Numbered from the stretch's first letter, positions 7,938-18,469 are shown. The stretch: 64,000 bases of DNA from an uncultured virus (IMG/VR IMGVR_UViG_3300029953_000019) (IMGVR_UViG_3300029953_000019); one strand, 5' to 3'. The notes: generated by a model from the letters alone, not told the origin. Made by a program: numbers and translations.

Positions 7938-8489
7938 ATGTCAGCTATTATCTCATTGTGTGAAAGGAATGGTGTTATACCAGGCTTGATTACAGAGAAT
8001 ATAAGCTCAATTAGTTGGAAAGCTGTAGATGATGTTACTACTCCATATAGTTCTTATAATGCTGTCCTCAATCTAGGCAATAATAGCTATACTGTATATA
8101 ATTATTTTAAATTTACTGGAGTATTTACAAGTATAGGAAATGTATCAGTTACTCATTTAACCGGTACCCTCCCTTCCGGAGTGAAATTAATGTCGAATCC
8201 AACTATAACTCAAACTAGTAATAGACCACTTTATATTACACCTACTACAGCAACTACCTCCATCACCTCCAATGATTTAAGTAGTGTAGGTAGTTCAGTT
8301 AATCTGTTAATAGGTCCTGCTCCTAATAATGTAGATGGTGCTGGAGCTGATGGTAAGTCTAATGCAGCTGGTAATTCAGGAACTCCATTATATAGCACAT
8401 ATTTTATAACTCAATTACAAGTAGCCATCAATGCCAATGCTGGAGATTTAAACAATGTAATACTCCAGGTAAGTTATAATGAAGTTTAA
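7938..8489 (+). CDS. Probable virion structural protein
   Basis: Ser/Thr/Asn-rich beta-type composition; first ATG at 7938. Confidence 0.55.
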   Translation: MSAIISLCERNGVIPGLITENISSISWKAVDDVTTPYSSYNAVLNLGNNSYTVYNYFKFTGVFTSIGNVSVTHLTGTLPSGVKLMSNPTITQTSNRPLYITPTTATTSITSNDLSSVGSSVNLLIGPAPNNVDGAGADGKSNAAGNSGTPLYSTYFITQLQVAINANAGDLNNVILQVSYNEV

Positions 8490-8853
8490 ATATTTATACA
8501 AAGTAGTTTATAATGATGGGTCTACTTATGAACAGAATGAGGAAGATATTTCTATTATAGATCCTACTAAAAGCTGTTATTCTGATCTTAAATTGGATGA
8601 AATTAAGACATTTACTCTCTATAATGACGAAAACTGGTTTAGTTTGGACCTAGCTACATTAACATTTTATTTTAAAAAGCATATAATATTTAAACCAACC
8701 CATACTAATCCTAACTATATAAAATTGAAGCACTTTAGAAGAAATACTATAACTATCCAAAGTGACGGTAAAATAATTAATACTGAGTATCATTTAGGTT
8801 ATACTGGTGAAGATGATGGAAAACTTATAGGCGAGACGATAATCATAACATAA
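8479..8853 (+). CDS. Hypothetical phage protein
   Basis: 124-aa ORF overlapping the upstream stop. Confidence 0.65.
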   Translation: MKFKYLYKVVYNDGSTYEQNEEDISIIDPTKSCYSDLKLDEIKTFTLYNDENWFSLDLATLTFYFKKHIIFKPTHTNPNYIKLKHFRRNTITIQSDGKIINTEYHLGYTGEDDGKLIGETIIIT

Positions 8854-8856
8854 TTT

Positions 8857-9954
8857 ATGGCTTTTACTTTTGATCTTCACAAGAACCTGGTTAGTACTTC
8901 AGTATTAGGTGCCCCTAGTCCAGCCCTATCCGGAACATCTTTAACTCTAGCTAGTGGTGGTGGAGCCTTATTTCCTAGCCCGCCATTTAATGTAGTAGTA
9001 TATCCTACAGGTATTTTCCCAACCTTATTAAACTCGGAAATCTTTAGAGTTACTGCTGTTAGTGGGGATACATTTACAGCAATAACTAGAGCACAGGAAG
9101 GAACTAGTCCAAGGTCTATATTAGTAGGGGATATAATTAGTTTAGTAGTTACAGCAAAAACACTTACTGATATTGAATCTGCTATCAATACATTAGCAGC
9201 TACTACTTCTACTTTTGATGCCTCTGCTATTATATCCGGAACATTGCCTACGCTAAGAATGCCAGCCTTGACCGGAGATATAACAACTTCAGTAGGATCA
9301 GTATTAACTACCTTAGCTACAGTAAACTCTAATGTAGGTATTTTTGGTGATTTACAACACATTCCAGTAATTACAGTTAATGCTAAAGGTTTGATTACTG
9401 CAGTTTCTACTCAAGCGGTATCAGGAGCTTCCTTCTTTCCAGACATAACCGATGCTGGAGGTATTGTTAGTGGTACAAGTTTAAATTACGTTAATTATAT
9501 ATATAATAACAGTAGTTTAAATATGACCAGGGATTTATATGGTAATTATACATTAGGGGTTACTGGAGTTAGGTTTAAAGAGAATATAGGGTGGCAATTA
9601 TATCATATACCTACAACTTCCTGGTATACATTAATGAATTACGGCTCAACCCCCCAACCAGCTTTTAATAATAACTTATTTAATAATAACTTCTCTAATG
9701 TGAGATTTATAGACAATCTAGGTTTTCAATTCTACAATACTTCTACTACTAAATGGCATACGCTTCTTTGTATAAGTAATCCAGCCGAACTAGCTTTTGA
9801 TGATGGAACCACAACTACAGGTTCAGGTAGTAACTTTAGATTTGATTTGGTAAAAGGTATGCAATATCATAATAGTACAACCAATCTATGGCATACCCTA
9901 ACTACAGGCAATACCTCCTTACCCACACCTACATTAGATGCAGGTAATGTATAA
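8857..9954 (+). CDS. Tail fibre-like protein
   Basis: TRAQEGT and ITVNAKGLITAVS fibre-type motifs; three C-terminal repeats. Confidence 0.65.
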   Translation: MAFTFDLHKNLVSTSVLGAPSPALSGTSLTLASGGGALFPSPPFNVVVYPTGIFPTLLNSEIFRVTAVSGDTFTAITRAQEGTSPRSILVGDIISLVVTAKTLTDIESAINTLAATTSTFDASAIISGTLPTLRMPALTGDITTSVGSVLTTLATVNSNVGIFGDLQHIPVITVNAKGLITAVSTQAVSGASFFPDITDAGGIVSGTSLNYVNYIYNNSSLNMTRDLYGNYTLGVTGVRFKENIGWQLYHIPTTSWYTLMNYGSTPQPAFNNNLFNNNFSNVRFIDNLGFQFYNTSTTKWHTLLCISNPAELAFDDGTTTTGSGSNFRFDLVKGMQYHNSTTNLWHTLTTGNTSLPTPTLDAGNV

Positions 9955-9956
9955 TT

Positions 9957-10469
9957 ATGAGTACAAATCTAATAACTAACAAGACTTTGGCTGCAACCTA
10001 TGAATATGATGCCAATGCTATTCAAGTAGGTGGTGGCTGGACTTCTCCTACCTTTACCGTAACTTTAGTAAATGGTACTAATCCTCCAGCTCAAGGTGCA
10101 GAAGTAAGTATCAATTATCTTATTACAAGTTCCAATCTACCTTTAACTAGTTCTGGTCTAATTGCTGGTTCGATTAGGCAGAATGTTGTAGTAGACGGTA
10201 ATTCAGGGTCTACTACTATAAAGACTATTAATCCTTATAATAGTAACTTATTTGATTTTGAATCAAATACTAATCTTAATTTAACCGGTAATTATCTATA
10301 TATTTGGATCTCTCATGATAATCTATATAATCCAGTAACATTATCTGTAGTAGGATCTAGTACATCAAATGGTTCATCGTTTATTTATAGCAATACCACT
10401 ACTGGATTAAGTTATAATTTACAGTGTGTCAACAATCCTCCTCAACTCGCTTGGGTAGTATCTAATTAA
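9957..10469 (+). CDS. Virion-like protein with C-terminal PPQLAW module
   Basis: C-terminus NTTTGLSYNLQCVNNPPQLAW matches repeats in 24347-26542. Confidence 0.6.
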   Translation: MSTNLITNKTLAATYEYDANAIQVGGGWTSPTFTVTLVNGTNPPAQGAEVSINYLITSSNLPLTSSGLIAGSIRQNVVVDGNSGSTTIKTINPYNSNLFDFESNTNLNLTGNYLYIWISHDNLYNPVTLSVVGSSTSNGSSFIYSNTTTGLSYNLQCVNNPPQLAWVVSN

Positions 10470-10472
10470 TTT

Positions 10473-12968
10473 ATGTTTAAGAAATTCATAGCATCATCAA
10501 TCCTATTATTTAGTTTAGTATCAATCCAGGCTAATATTATATCAGTAGCTGTTATTACTGATACTAATGGGGTTTTAGCAGGTTCAAGTACTAATCTATT
10601 CCAGACCAATGCTCCGGCTTTGGCTGCAACACTGACTAATAGCACAGTGTTAGGATTTACCATACCTCAGAATATCCTTAGTAATAATGCTACTGGACCT
10701 GTAACCTTTAGTAATAATGTAACCGTGAACAACACACTATTGGTGAGTGGTAATTTTACGGCTACGAATGGCATTACACAGACAGCTAGTGAGACGATTT
10801 ACGGACTAACTGGATTTGATTTCATTGGTGGCTTTCAGGCAATTAATACAACTACTCGACAGCTTCGTGATTCTGGTGGAAACTTAGTAGCAACGTGGAC
10901 GAATGGATTTAACCTCGTCGAGCCATCGAATCTAGGCGCTGGGACTAATCTGTCCGGCCCAAACATCGTCGGTATTATCAACCCGACCAATCTACCTTCG
11001 TTTGTCACTAATGGCGCATCACCAGCATTGAATCTGGTCAACGCAACCAACTACTCGGTTTCCACCGCAACCGGCACGCTCCCAATCGCCAGCCTGCCAG
11101 GGAGTGTGGTGACGACGAATAACTACGTCAGCACAAATACTGCAATAACGATATATAATGACACTCTTGCCAGAACTTACTGCAATACAAATCATGTATC
11201 AGACATTGAAGCACAGTCATTTCTTACAACAGCTTGGAATGATCAGTACGCATTAAGTGTCGCGTCTAATGTGGTGTCAGCTGGATGCTTTGATAGCCGG
11301 TTCAACCCCACCAATTACGATTTAATGCTGAACCCGATGACAGTCCCATTGGGGGTGAGCTACGGTTTTACAGGCCCGAACATCAACGGAGCACGGGAGT
11401 CCGGAACCAACATTTTCACGGTCAACATTGCCCCATTAACTAATTTCTTTGCGGTCTTATGGTATTGGAATAATGCCAGCAATATGGATGCAAATAACCT
11501 TAACGAGGGTAATGGGGCGTGTCCATGGGTGGCACTTTATAATACCAATAATTGGTCCGGCATTGCTGGTACGACCATTGACGTAAACCAAAATGAACAG
11601 ATATGGGCAAGCCCATTTGGTACAAATTTCAACACTTATCAGAACCCATTTAATATTTCGACAAATCAAGCCAAGATCATGATGAATGGGCAGTACGATT
11701 CGCGCACACCGATGGGAATCCCTTATGTCATCGGCATTAGTGGTAACACCAATGGTCAAGCCAGTTATTGGTGCCAGTCGAAGCCTGGTTTCTTCACATT
11801 CGCGGCAGTGCCAACGAATGTCAACAACTTTGGTCCAGCAGGCGGCCCTTATAATCAATTATGGATTGGTGGTGCTGGAACCAATTTTGCCTTGAGTGCA
11901 CCTGGGAACTTCATCACCAACGCCGTGGGCACTCTGGGTGGTTATATCCTGTACAATGTTAGTGCGGAAAATAACCCGTCTGTTGCTATCGCGGGATACA
12001 AATTTGCGACCGATTTAATGCGTTATCACTCGGCGGTTGATTTTGGCGGGTCGAGTCTCATTAATTTTGCTGTACCTGCCAAGTTCGTCGGTCTGGGAAG
12101 CGGCATTGTCTACACCAACTCGATGCCTTATTTGTTCGCGGTCGAGAACCCAGACGTGCTGACGCTTGTTGATGCTTCGCCCGGAAGCACGATGGCGACC
12201 TATAACAATGAGGGTTATGGGACAAACTCTTGGAGTCCGGGTGCCATGACCAACCTAAACCGCTTGCGCTATCCCAGTGTAATATTTGAGACTGATGGGC
12301 CGCGCAACGATGCCTTTGCCAACACGTCCATTGCCAATATTATCTCTTATTGGAACTCGTTTTATATCCCCTTATACAATGTGGGCATCCCAATTTGGTT
12401 AATAGATACACACTGGGACTACCGCTTTGGGGCGTCAACGAATCTGTATTGGAAGAACGTGCAAGCGGCCTTGTATACCAACTTTCTGCAATCCATCGCC
12501 GGGGTAATCCGGGAGTCGGATTATGTGGGGTCAAATGTCGAGGCCGCATTTTCGGCCGACGTGCCCCCCATCCATCCTGACGCACGCACTCTTTTCGCGC
12601 ACAATTTTAACCTCGGTTTCGCGGATCTCTGTGCATTCAAACCGTGGCCGTATCCGAACTGGTCAGCAACATGGCTGAATTACAATTCCAGCATGGGGAC
12701 GGTTGATGCCGGGATTCAGGGAATGCAACAGCTGTCGTTTCAATTGGGGGATACAAATGGCGCACAACGCACGACATTTGATGGAAGTGCATTGACCAAT
12801 CTAGTATATCGCATTTACAACTTAACGAGTACTCCGACATGGTTTGGAATTTCTAACGTATCGCTTTTGTGGGAAAGCAACAATGCAGCAGGGACCGCTG
12901 TACCAATCGGATACAGAACGTACTTTGATGCTGGACAGGTGGCACATACAGCAGTGACTGGATTCTAA
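10473..12968 (+). CDS. Signal-peptide-bearing fibre/spike-like protein, possible C-terminal SGNH-like domain
   Basis: MFKK-hydrophobic-IQA leader; TN-rich stalk; GGSSL..GPRND..IHP pattern; GC-rich body. Confidence 0.6.
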   Translation: MFKKFIASSILLFSLVSIQANIISVAVITDTNGVLAGSSTNLFQTNAPALAATLTNSTVLGFTIPQNILSNNATGPVTFSNNVTVNNTLLVSGNFTATNGITQTASETIYGLTGFDFIGGFQAINTTTRQLRDSGGNLVATWTNGFNLVEPSNLGAGTNLSGPNIVGIINPTNLPSFVTNGASPALNLVNATNYSVSTATGTLPIASLPGSVVTTNNYVSTNTAITIYNDTLARTYCNTNHVSDIEAQSFLTTAWNDQYALSVASNVVSAGCFDSRFNPTNYDLMLNPMTVPLGVSYGFTGPNINGARESGTNIFTVNIAPLTNFFAVLWYWNNASNMDANNLNEGNGACPWVALYNTNNWSGIAGTTIDVNQNEQIWASPFGTNFNTYQNPFNISTNQAKIMMNGQYDSRTPMGIPYVIGISGNTNGQASYWCQSKPGFFTFAAVPTNVNNFGPAGGPYNQLWIGGAGTNFALSAPGNFITNAVGTLGGYILYNVSAENNPSVAIAGYKFATDLMRYHSAVDFGGSSLINFAVPAKFVGLGSGIVYTNSMPYLFAVENPDVLTLVDASPGSTMATYNNEGYGTNSWSPGAMTNLNRLRYPSVIFETDGPRNDAFANTSIANIISYWNSFYIPLYNVGIPIWLIDTHWDYRFGASTNLYWKNVQAALYTNFLQSIAGVIRESDYVGSNVEAAFSADVPPIHPDARTLFAHNFNLGFADLCAFKPWPYPNWSATWLNYNSSMGTVDAGIQGMQQLSFQLGDTNGAQRTTFDGSALTNLVYRIYNLTSTPTWFGISNVSLLWESNNAAGTAVPIGYRTYFDAGQVAHTAVTGF

Positions 12969-13043
12969 CTATGACCCTAACCACCGCAATCCTGTTTTTG
13001 ACCAATATTATTAAGTGAATTCCGAAATCAGACTTAAATTAAA

Positions 13044-14876
13044 ATGAAGATCGTGAATCAAGTATTTATTCTATTATTGTTATCAATTAACTATATTTTA
13101 GCTTCTACCTCCATACCTAATGAGTATTGGGTATCTACAGTTAATACCGGTAATATCTTTCCTACTAATGGTACTATAGATAATCCATTAGACGGTTCAA
13201 ATAATACTAATTTCGATTTGAATATGGGTCTAATCCCAGCAAATTCTACTATTCACTTATTAACAGGTACATTCCAAACTAAAGGATCGTGGCAAGGATA
13301 TGGATTAAAGTCTGGACAGAAAGTATGCGGTAGTGGCATTGATAATACTATAGTCCAATTAGTAGCACCAACTTTTGTAGGAGGTTCAGGAGTATCAGTA
13401 ATGGGAAATTTTGGTTCAGTTACTAACAATGAGATACAAGACTTAACTATAGATTGTAATGTAAGTAATGTTTTAGATACATATAGTGGAGTTGGATTGA
13501 TTGGTACAGAAAATAGTATAAGAAGAGTTAAGGTAATTAACTGCGGTAAATTTGGTGGCAATAGTGAGGCTTGGGGAATAGTGATAGCAAATTATTATTT
13601 ACCAGACAGTATAGGAAATATTATAGAAGAATGTGAAGTATCTCAGTATAGGGGTGGTGGAGGTATCACTAGTATAGCATTAGCAGGTGGTGGAGATAAT
13701 TTTGGTAGTAATTCAGAACCAGCTCAAACTATATCTGGTATTATAAGAAATAATAAAGTTATATTAGTTAGTACAAATTATCCTATATATTCAAAAGGTT
13801 CATGGTTTGGTATCGGTTTAGGTGGTTGGCAGCATGATGTATTGATTGAAGGCAATTATCTAGAAGGTTGTGACGTTGGCATACCTGGAGATACGGGTTG
13901 GGCACATAATGTAATAATTCAAAATAATCAAATACTGGATTGTGATTACGGAGTAGAAGCTATAGGATTTGATAGAGTTAATATAACTATAGCCAATAAT
14001 CATGTAAGGATATTAAGTTTCTTTAATAACTCAACTAATGTAGGAGCTGAACCATTTCCTCCCTGTGCATTCTATTTTTATCCAGGAACTATATATACTT
14101 CATTTACGAACATCTGGATAACAGGGAATGTAGTTGAATATGTAGCAGGTGTATCTAATGCAATCTGGCAAGGATTCGTAGCTGGTGGGGCATTTACTGG
14201 ATTAAATGTAAGCGGTAATAGTTATGATAGTTCAATGAATTATAATATATTTACCTGGGCACCTTCCATTAATGTAGCTATTCATAACAATACAGATTTA
14301 TTCGGAAATCCAATGCTAGGTATAGGTACTAATATATTCACTGATCCTATAAATGTGAGGAATGATTTAACTGTAAATGGTGCTATAACAGGTAATGGGT
14401 CTACTATAACAAATATTAATACTACTAATTTGGTTGGGTTTATAACATCTTCATTAATATCAGGTAACTACTCTAATATAGTTAACTTTACAAGTACTAG
14501 TAATACATTCATAGGTAATTATATAGGTAATGGAGTTAATCTTACTAATCTAACCGCCTCCAATCTATTACCTGGAACTTATTCTAATAACTTTACCGGT
14601 ACTTTTAGTGGGAGTGGACTTAATCTAACTAATTTAAATACTACTAACCTAAATAAGGGTACAATTAGTTCTTCATTGATTTCTGGCACATATTCCAATA
14701 CAATTAATCTTAACAACAATACTAATAAGTTAACTGGTACATTTTCAGGTAATGGTAGTGGAGTTACAAATATACCTTATCTAGGATTAATAGGTGGATT
14801 GACAACTAATGAAGTAATATCATCTAATATAACTCTAGTATATAGTAATGGGGTATTAGTAGGTATTAAGAAATAA
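13044..14876 (+). CDS. Signal-peptide-bearing parallel beta-helix protein
   Basis: Hydrophobic leader; GSGIDNTIV and repeated IxxN rungs; C-terminal GNGxxLTNL repeats. Confidence 0.65.
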   Translation: MKIVNQVFILLLLSINYILASTSIPNEYWVSTVNTGNIFPTNGTIDNPLDGSNNTNFDLNMGLIPANSTIHLLTGTFQTKGSWQGYGLKSGQKVCGSGIDNTIVQLVAPTFVGGSGVSVMGNFGSVTNNEIQDLTIDCNVSNVLDTYSGVGLIGTENSIRRVKVINCGKFGGNSEAWGIVIANYYLPDSIGNIIEECEVSQYRGGGGITSIALAGGGDNFGSNSEPAQTISGIIRNNKVILVSTNYPIYSKGSWFGIGLGGWQHDVLIEGNYLEGCDVGIPGDTGWAHNVIIQNNQILDCDYGVEAIGFDRVNITIANNHVRILSFFNNSTNVGAEPFPPCAFYFYPGTIYTSFTNIWITGNVVEYVAGVSNAIWQGFVAGGAFTGLNVSGNSYDSSMNYNIFTWAPSINVAIHNNTDLFGNPMLGIGTNIFTDPINVRNDLTVNGAITGNGSTITNINTTNLVGFITSSLISGNYSNIVNFTSTSNTFIGNYIGNGVNLTNLTASNLLPGTYSNNFTGTFSGSGLNLTNLNTTNLNKGTISSSLISGTYSNTINLNNNTNKLTGTFSGNGSGVTNIPYLGLIGGLTTNEVISSNITLVYSNGVLVGIKK

Positions 14877-14877
14877 T

Positions 14878-15105
14878 ATGAATACGAACGAAATTCAATT
14901 AGCACAACAAATAGCTAGTGCAGCAGGTTATCATTTAAGTGGTTATGAAGTAGCATTACTACTTGCACTCCCTCACACACTCTATCTTCATATCTGGGCT
15001 TGTATTAAGTTCTGGACTCAATTAGGTGGGTGGAAGGGTGTTAGTCTATTCTTTAAAACTGGTACTTTAAATCCAGAGATAATTGAGGAAGTTAAACCGA
15101 AATAA
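14878..15105 (+). CDS. Small membrane protein (holin-like?)
   Basis: 75 aa with central hydrophobic segment and charged tail. Confidence 0.45.
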   Translation: MNTNEIQLAQQIASAAGYHLSGYEVALLLALPHTLYLHIWACIKFWTQLGGWKGVSLFFKTGTLNPEIIEEVKPK

Positions 15106-15108
15106 TTT

Positions 15109-17001
15109 ATGTTTAAGAAATATTTAATACCGTTAGCTTTATTATTTAATGTATTTTGCGTTAAAGCCCAACTAGTAGATTTGGAAGTTGTTACTGATAC
15201 TAACGAAGTTCTGCTAGGTCAAAGTACAAATATATTTGCCTCCAACTCTATTCCTTTTAATGCTGCAGTAAATGCTAGTAGCCCTACAATTGTGACTAAT
15301 TTTACCTTTATTTCACCGATGCAATATGGTGCAGTTGGTAACGGTATAGCAAATGATACTTTGGCTTTGAGCAATTCAGTTACCGCCATGAACGCGGGCA
15401 ACATCCTGGTATGGGATGGGCAGGGGCAGACGTATTATATCACCTCTGGAGTTGCTTGGACTAGGGGACATATTGAAATTAGGAATGCAACCATAGTAGT
15501 CCCTAGTAATTTCGTTGGGTCTGTGTTTATACACAGCCAATCAATACAAGGACAGTTAGGCAATGGAGCTTATTATCACGGTCTAACAATTGAGAGACAA
15601 GGAACAAATGCCCCCGATCCATCCGTTGTAGGTATCCAAAATGGGGTATTAGGATTTAGCTATTTCGAAGATTTAAAAACAGAATTTGTTCACTTTTCAA
15701 ACCTCTGGAGGAATGTAGAGATTATTAATACACCGCAATTCGATATTAGACATTGTATGATGGGTAACTGTTGGAGCAACAAGGTTTATGTGGCCCAGTC
15801 GGTTGCACAATCGCAGACGTCGAGCGAGGGCGGTGACGAGAGCATAATCACGCTGAACGACATGAACACCCTGGATGACAATAACTCGTCACCGACCAGC
15901 GTTGTTGATTCACAGCGTCATAATTGCATCGACATCCAGCTAGATGCGTACTGCATCCATCTAGAGGTCAGCTACAATAACGGCGGCAGCGATAAGCAAG
16001 CTTTCAAAGTGTCGCCCTGGGTGGGTGGATCAACGATCTTTTTCCGGGGTGGCGAATATGAAGGGATGTTTGCGAGCTATCCCACAAATCTGTGCCAGTT
16101 CGAAATCTGGAACTCAGTAGTGCACTTCGAGGATTGCCACATTGCGGGGAACGGTGTCTTTGGAACAAGTAATTATCTTGCCGCAATTGGTTTGTACGCG
16201 ACGAACGGTCAGCATATCTCTTTCCGGTCGGACACGTTTACCGGCCAGCTGCCGAATGAGACGAACGTATTCGATATTTGGACGGCAGACGGATTCATGG
16301 GCAACATTGATTTTTTGCAATATCCGCAATATTTATCTGCAAACACATGTGGTTTTACGTGGCATACAAACTTGAATGATGTAGGGGTAAATTATCCGAT
16401 TCAAGGGACGGTGCCGGCAGTAATTAGCGGGACAAATACGGTAGTTTGGGCGCCAGGCCAAGGCACGGTAACAATTGGGGCGGCAGGATGTATGGTTGCA
16501 GTGAATGAAAACGGCGTAGGACAATATTGCACGTTTGGCAATTCAGCGAATTTTAATAACGGTTTTTTGTCGCTTGGGAATGCTTATTTTAATAACGGAG
16601 TCACGGAAAACGGAGGAAGACCAGACATGTCGGTCAATGCTCCTTATTCTCACGTCTTAGACTTTTTTGTGCAATCATCAGGTTTATCAGATTCACACTG
16701 GGTTAACGGGACAAATTGGGTAGCAGATGTTGTTGATTATACCAATCAAGCTAATGTATTTGCTGGTTCAATCGGAATATTAGGTACTAATCAAGCAACT
16801 ATGACCTCTACCGGTTATACTAACAATAATACCTATGATGTTAGAGTATTCAATCTTCAAGGTACAACTATCATATTTAGTAATAACGTTAGTACCGCCA
16901 ATGCTATTATAGGTACGATTGCTGTTAATAATGATTTCCTTACTCTACATCCTCACGAAATGTTATATGGTACTGGTATGACTGGTAGTATCATACAATA
17001 A
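15109..17001 (+). CDS. Signal-peptide-bearing tailspike/depolymerase-like beta-helix protein
   Basis: MFKK..VKA leader; QYGAVGNGIANDT pectate-lyase-3-type entry motif. Confidence 0.7.
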   Translation: MFKKYLIPLALLFNVFCVKAQLVDLEVVTDTNEVLLGQSTNIFASNSIPFNAAVNASSPTIVTNFTFISPMQYGAVGNGIANDTLALSNSVTAMNAGNILVWDGQGQTYYITSGVAWTRGHIEIRNATIVVPSNFVGSVFIHSQSIQGQLGNGAYYHGLTIERQGTNAPDPSVVGIQNGVLGFSYFEDLKTEFVHFSNLWRNVEIINTPQFDIRHCMMGNCWSNKVYVAQSVAQSQTSSEGGDESIITLNDMNTLDDNNSSPTSVVDSQRHNCIDIQLDAYCIHLEVSYNNGGSDKQAFKVSPWVGGSTIFFRGGEYEGMFASYPTNLCQFEIWNSVVHFEDCHIAGNGVFGTSNYLAAIGLYATNGQHISFRSDTFTGQLPNETNVFDIWTADGFMGNIDFLQYPQYLSANTCGFTWHTNLNDVGVNYPIQGTVPAVISGTNTVVWAPGQGTVTIGAAGCMVAVNENGVGQYCTFGNSANFNNGFLSLGNAYFNNGVTENGGRPDMSVNAPYSHVLDFFVQSSGLSDSHWVNGTNWVADVVDYTNQANVFAGSIGILGTNQATMTSTGYTNNNTYDVRVFNLQGTTIIFSNNVSTANAIIGTIAVNNDFLTLHPHEMLYGTGMTGSIIQ

Positions 17002-17139
17002 GATGTTCAATCTAGTTCATCAGTATATGAGGTATGATGGTAGCCTTAATTGGTGGGAGCATGCCTGGTTTATTGAATGGAAAAGACTGGCTAATATCTC
17101 TTCTTGACTAGTTCTTTATTTCATCATAGTATTTCAATT

Positions 17140-17373
17140 ATGAATAAAGGATATTTACTTACAATACCGGAAGAGGTCACATTAACTCCAGAAGTGTTTA
17201 AGCAGATGATGAATCAATATAAACATTATAGGAGTGTTTCATATACATTTAGTAAGAAACATACTAATGATATTCTCAATTATAGGAAGTCTTCAGGAAA
17301 GAGTAATATAATCCCTGGTAATGTATATAATCTGCCTATTACTTATAACGCAGATATTACTGGCGTTAAATAG
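17140..17373 (+). CDS. Hypothetical protein
   Basis: ATG at 17140, preceded by TTGACT-17nt-TAGTAT. Confidence 0.45.
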   Translation: MNKGYLLTIPEEVTLTPEVFKQMMNQYKHYRSVSYTFSKKHTNDILNYRKSSGKSNIIPGNVYNLPITYNADITGVK

Positions 17374-17632
17374 GAAGATAAATCGGCCTTCTAGTCATTC
17401 TGGCATTACAGTTATAACTAACTTTATTAGTTTGTGTAAAGCCAGAAGTATTAATTATCCTGGCATGACTACGATAACAATGCTCAGAAGTTTTATATAC
17501 CAAGGTATTCTCTCTCCAAACCGGTTGCCCTAACTCACACAATCCTAGAATACCAGGCATTACAGGATTAATAGGTGGTATTATAGCTGGACTACCTAAT
17601 TCCGGCTCGCCATATTCAATAGTTCCTATCAT
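17366..17632 (-). CDS. Hypothetical protein, last gene of the minus-strand operon
   Basis: Starts 1 nt after the upstream stop. Confidence 0.5.
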   Translation of the reverse strand: MIGTIEYGEPELGSPAIIPPINPVMPGILGLCELGQPVWRENTLVYKTSEHCYRSHARIINTSGFTQTNKVSYNCNARMTRRPIYLPI

Positions 17633-17633
17633 A

Positions 17634-18005
17634 TTAGTTATTGAACATTTTAGGGAATTTATCGAATTGGGTAGGAACGTTTAACTTCACCTTATTATCT
17701 AACAATCTTTCATTAAAGAAGGTAGATATATTACTCCCTCTAGGTCTCATATTTTTAGATAGAATAGAAGCAAGAATAAGTCTAGGTCTATTAACTACTC
17801 CTCCTACTACCTTATAAGCAGCATAGCCTAGTAAATTCTGTCTCGGGTCTCTAATATTGCTATAATAGTTCTTTCCAGTAAGTTTCTTATACCCACCAGA
17901 ATACCACATCTTATCAGCAGCTCTTTGTAAAGCACTGACAGATTCTGGACTGAGGTTTAGTCTTTCTTTGCCTCTCTCCTCTGCATGATAAGGTTTAATA
18001 TTCAT
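17634..18005 (-). CDS. Basic protein with N-terminal HAxER motif
   Basis: YHAEERGKER; ATGA-coupled. Confidence 0.6.
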   Translation of the reverse strand: MNIKPYHAEERGKERLNLSPESVSALQRAADKMWYSGGYKKLTGKNYYSNIRDPRQNLLGYAAYKVVGGVVNRPRLILASILSKNMRPRGSNISTFFNERLLDNKVKLNVPTQFDKFPKMFNN

Positions 18006-18469
18006 CCTGCACTAAAATATTGAATACCTACATAATTAGGTATTGGTCTACCTACATCATTATTACAGTATCTATTATTGATATTGATATTAAAGTAATT
18101 ACTACTAGCTGCAGGAGTGATCGAAAATACTAGCTGTGTCAAAACATGTCTAGTATTAACATCTCGATCTGTAGAGCCGGCTAGCGTTAAATAGTATATA
18201 CCTGGCAGAAAGGTTTGTGCAGTACTAGCTCTTATCTTTATAATAACAAATCCATCTTCTAATACTATGCCATCATCTCTAGAACCTTCCCAGACTAGAC
18301 CCGGACCATCTAATTCAGCTTTAAGATATGCATGTAATGTATATTTAGCAGTATCTATCAGTTCAAAAATAGGAATAATAATATTATCTCCTTGATAGTG
18401 GTTAGGAGCTTCTTGTTTCACACCATACATTTCAAATTGGGTTGGCAAGTAATTTGGTAACTCTTTCAT
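18002..18469 (-). CDS. Probable baseplate/Ig-like virion protein
   Basis: YQGD..PGIYY pattern, tail context. Confidence 0.5.
   Translation of the reverse strand: MKELPNYLPTQFEMYGVKQEAPNHYQGDNIIIPIFELIDTAKYTLHAYLKAELDGPGLVWEGSRDDGIVLEDGFVIIKIRASTAQTFLPGIYYLTLAGSTDRDVNTRHVLTQLVFSITPAASSNYFNININNRYCNNDVGRPIPNYVGIQYFSAG

Noticed and set aside
10835..12840. Alternative-frame ORFs inside 10473-12968
   Set aside because: Expected by chance in the GC-rich segment.
17003..17107. 34-codon Trp-rich ORF or possible RNA gene after the last spike
   Set aside because: No tRNA arms or convincing structure; too short to support.
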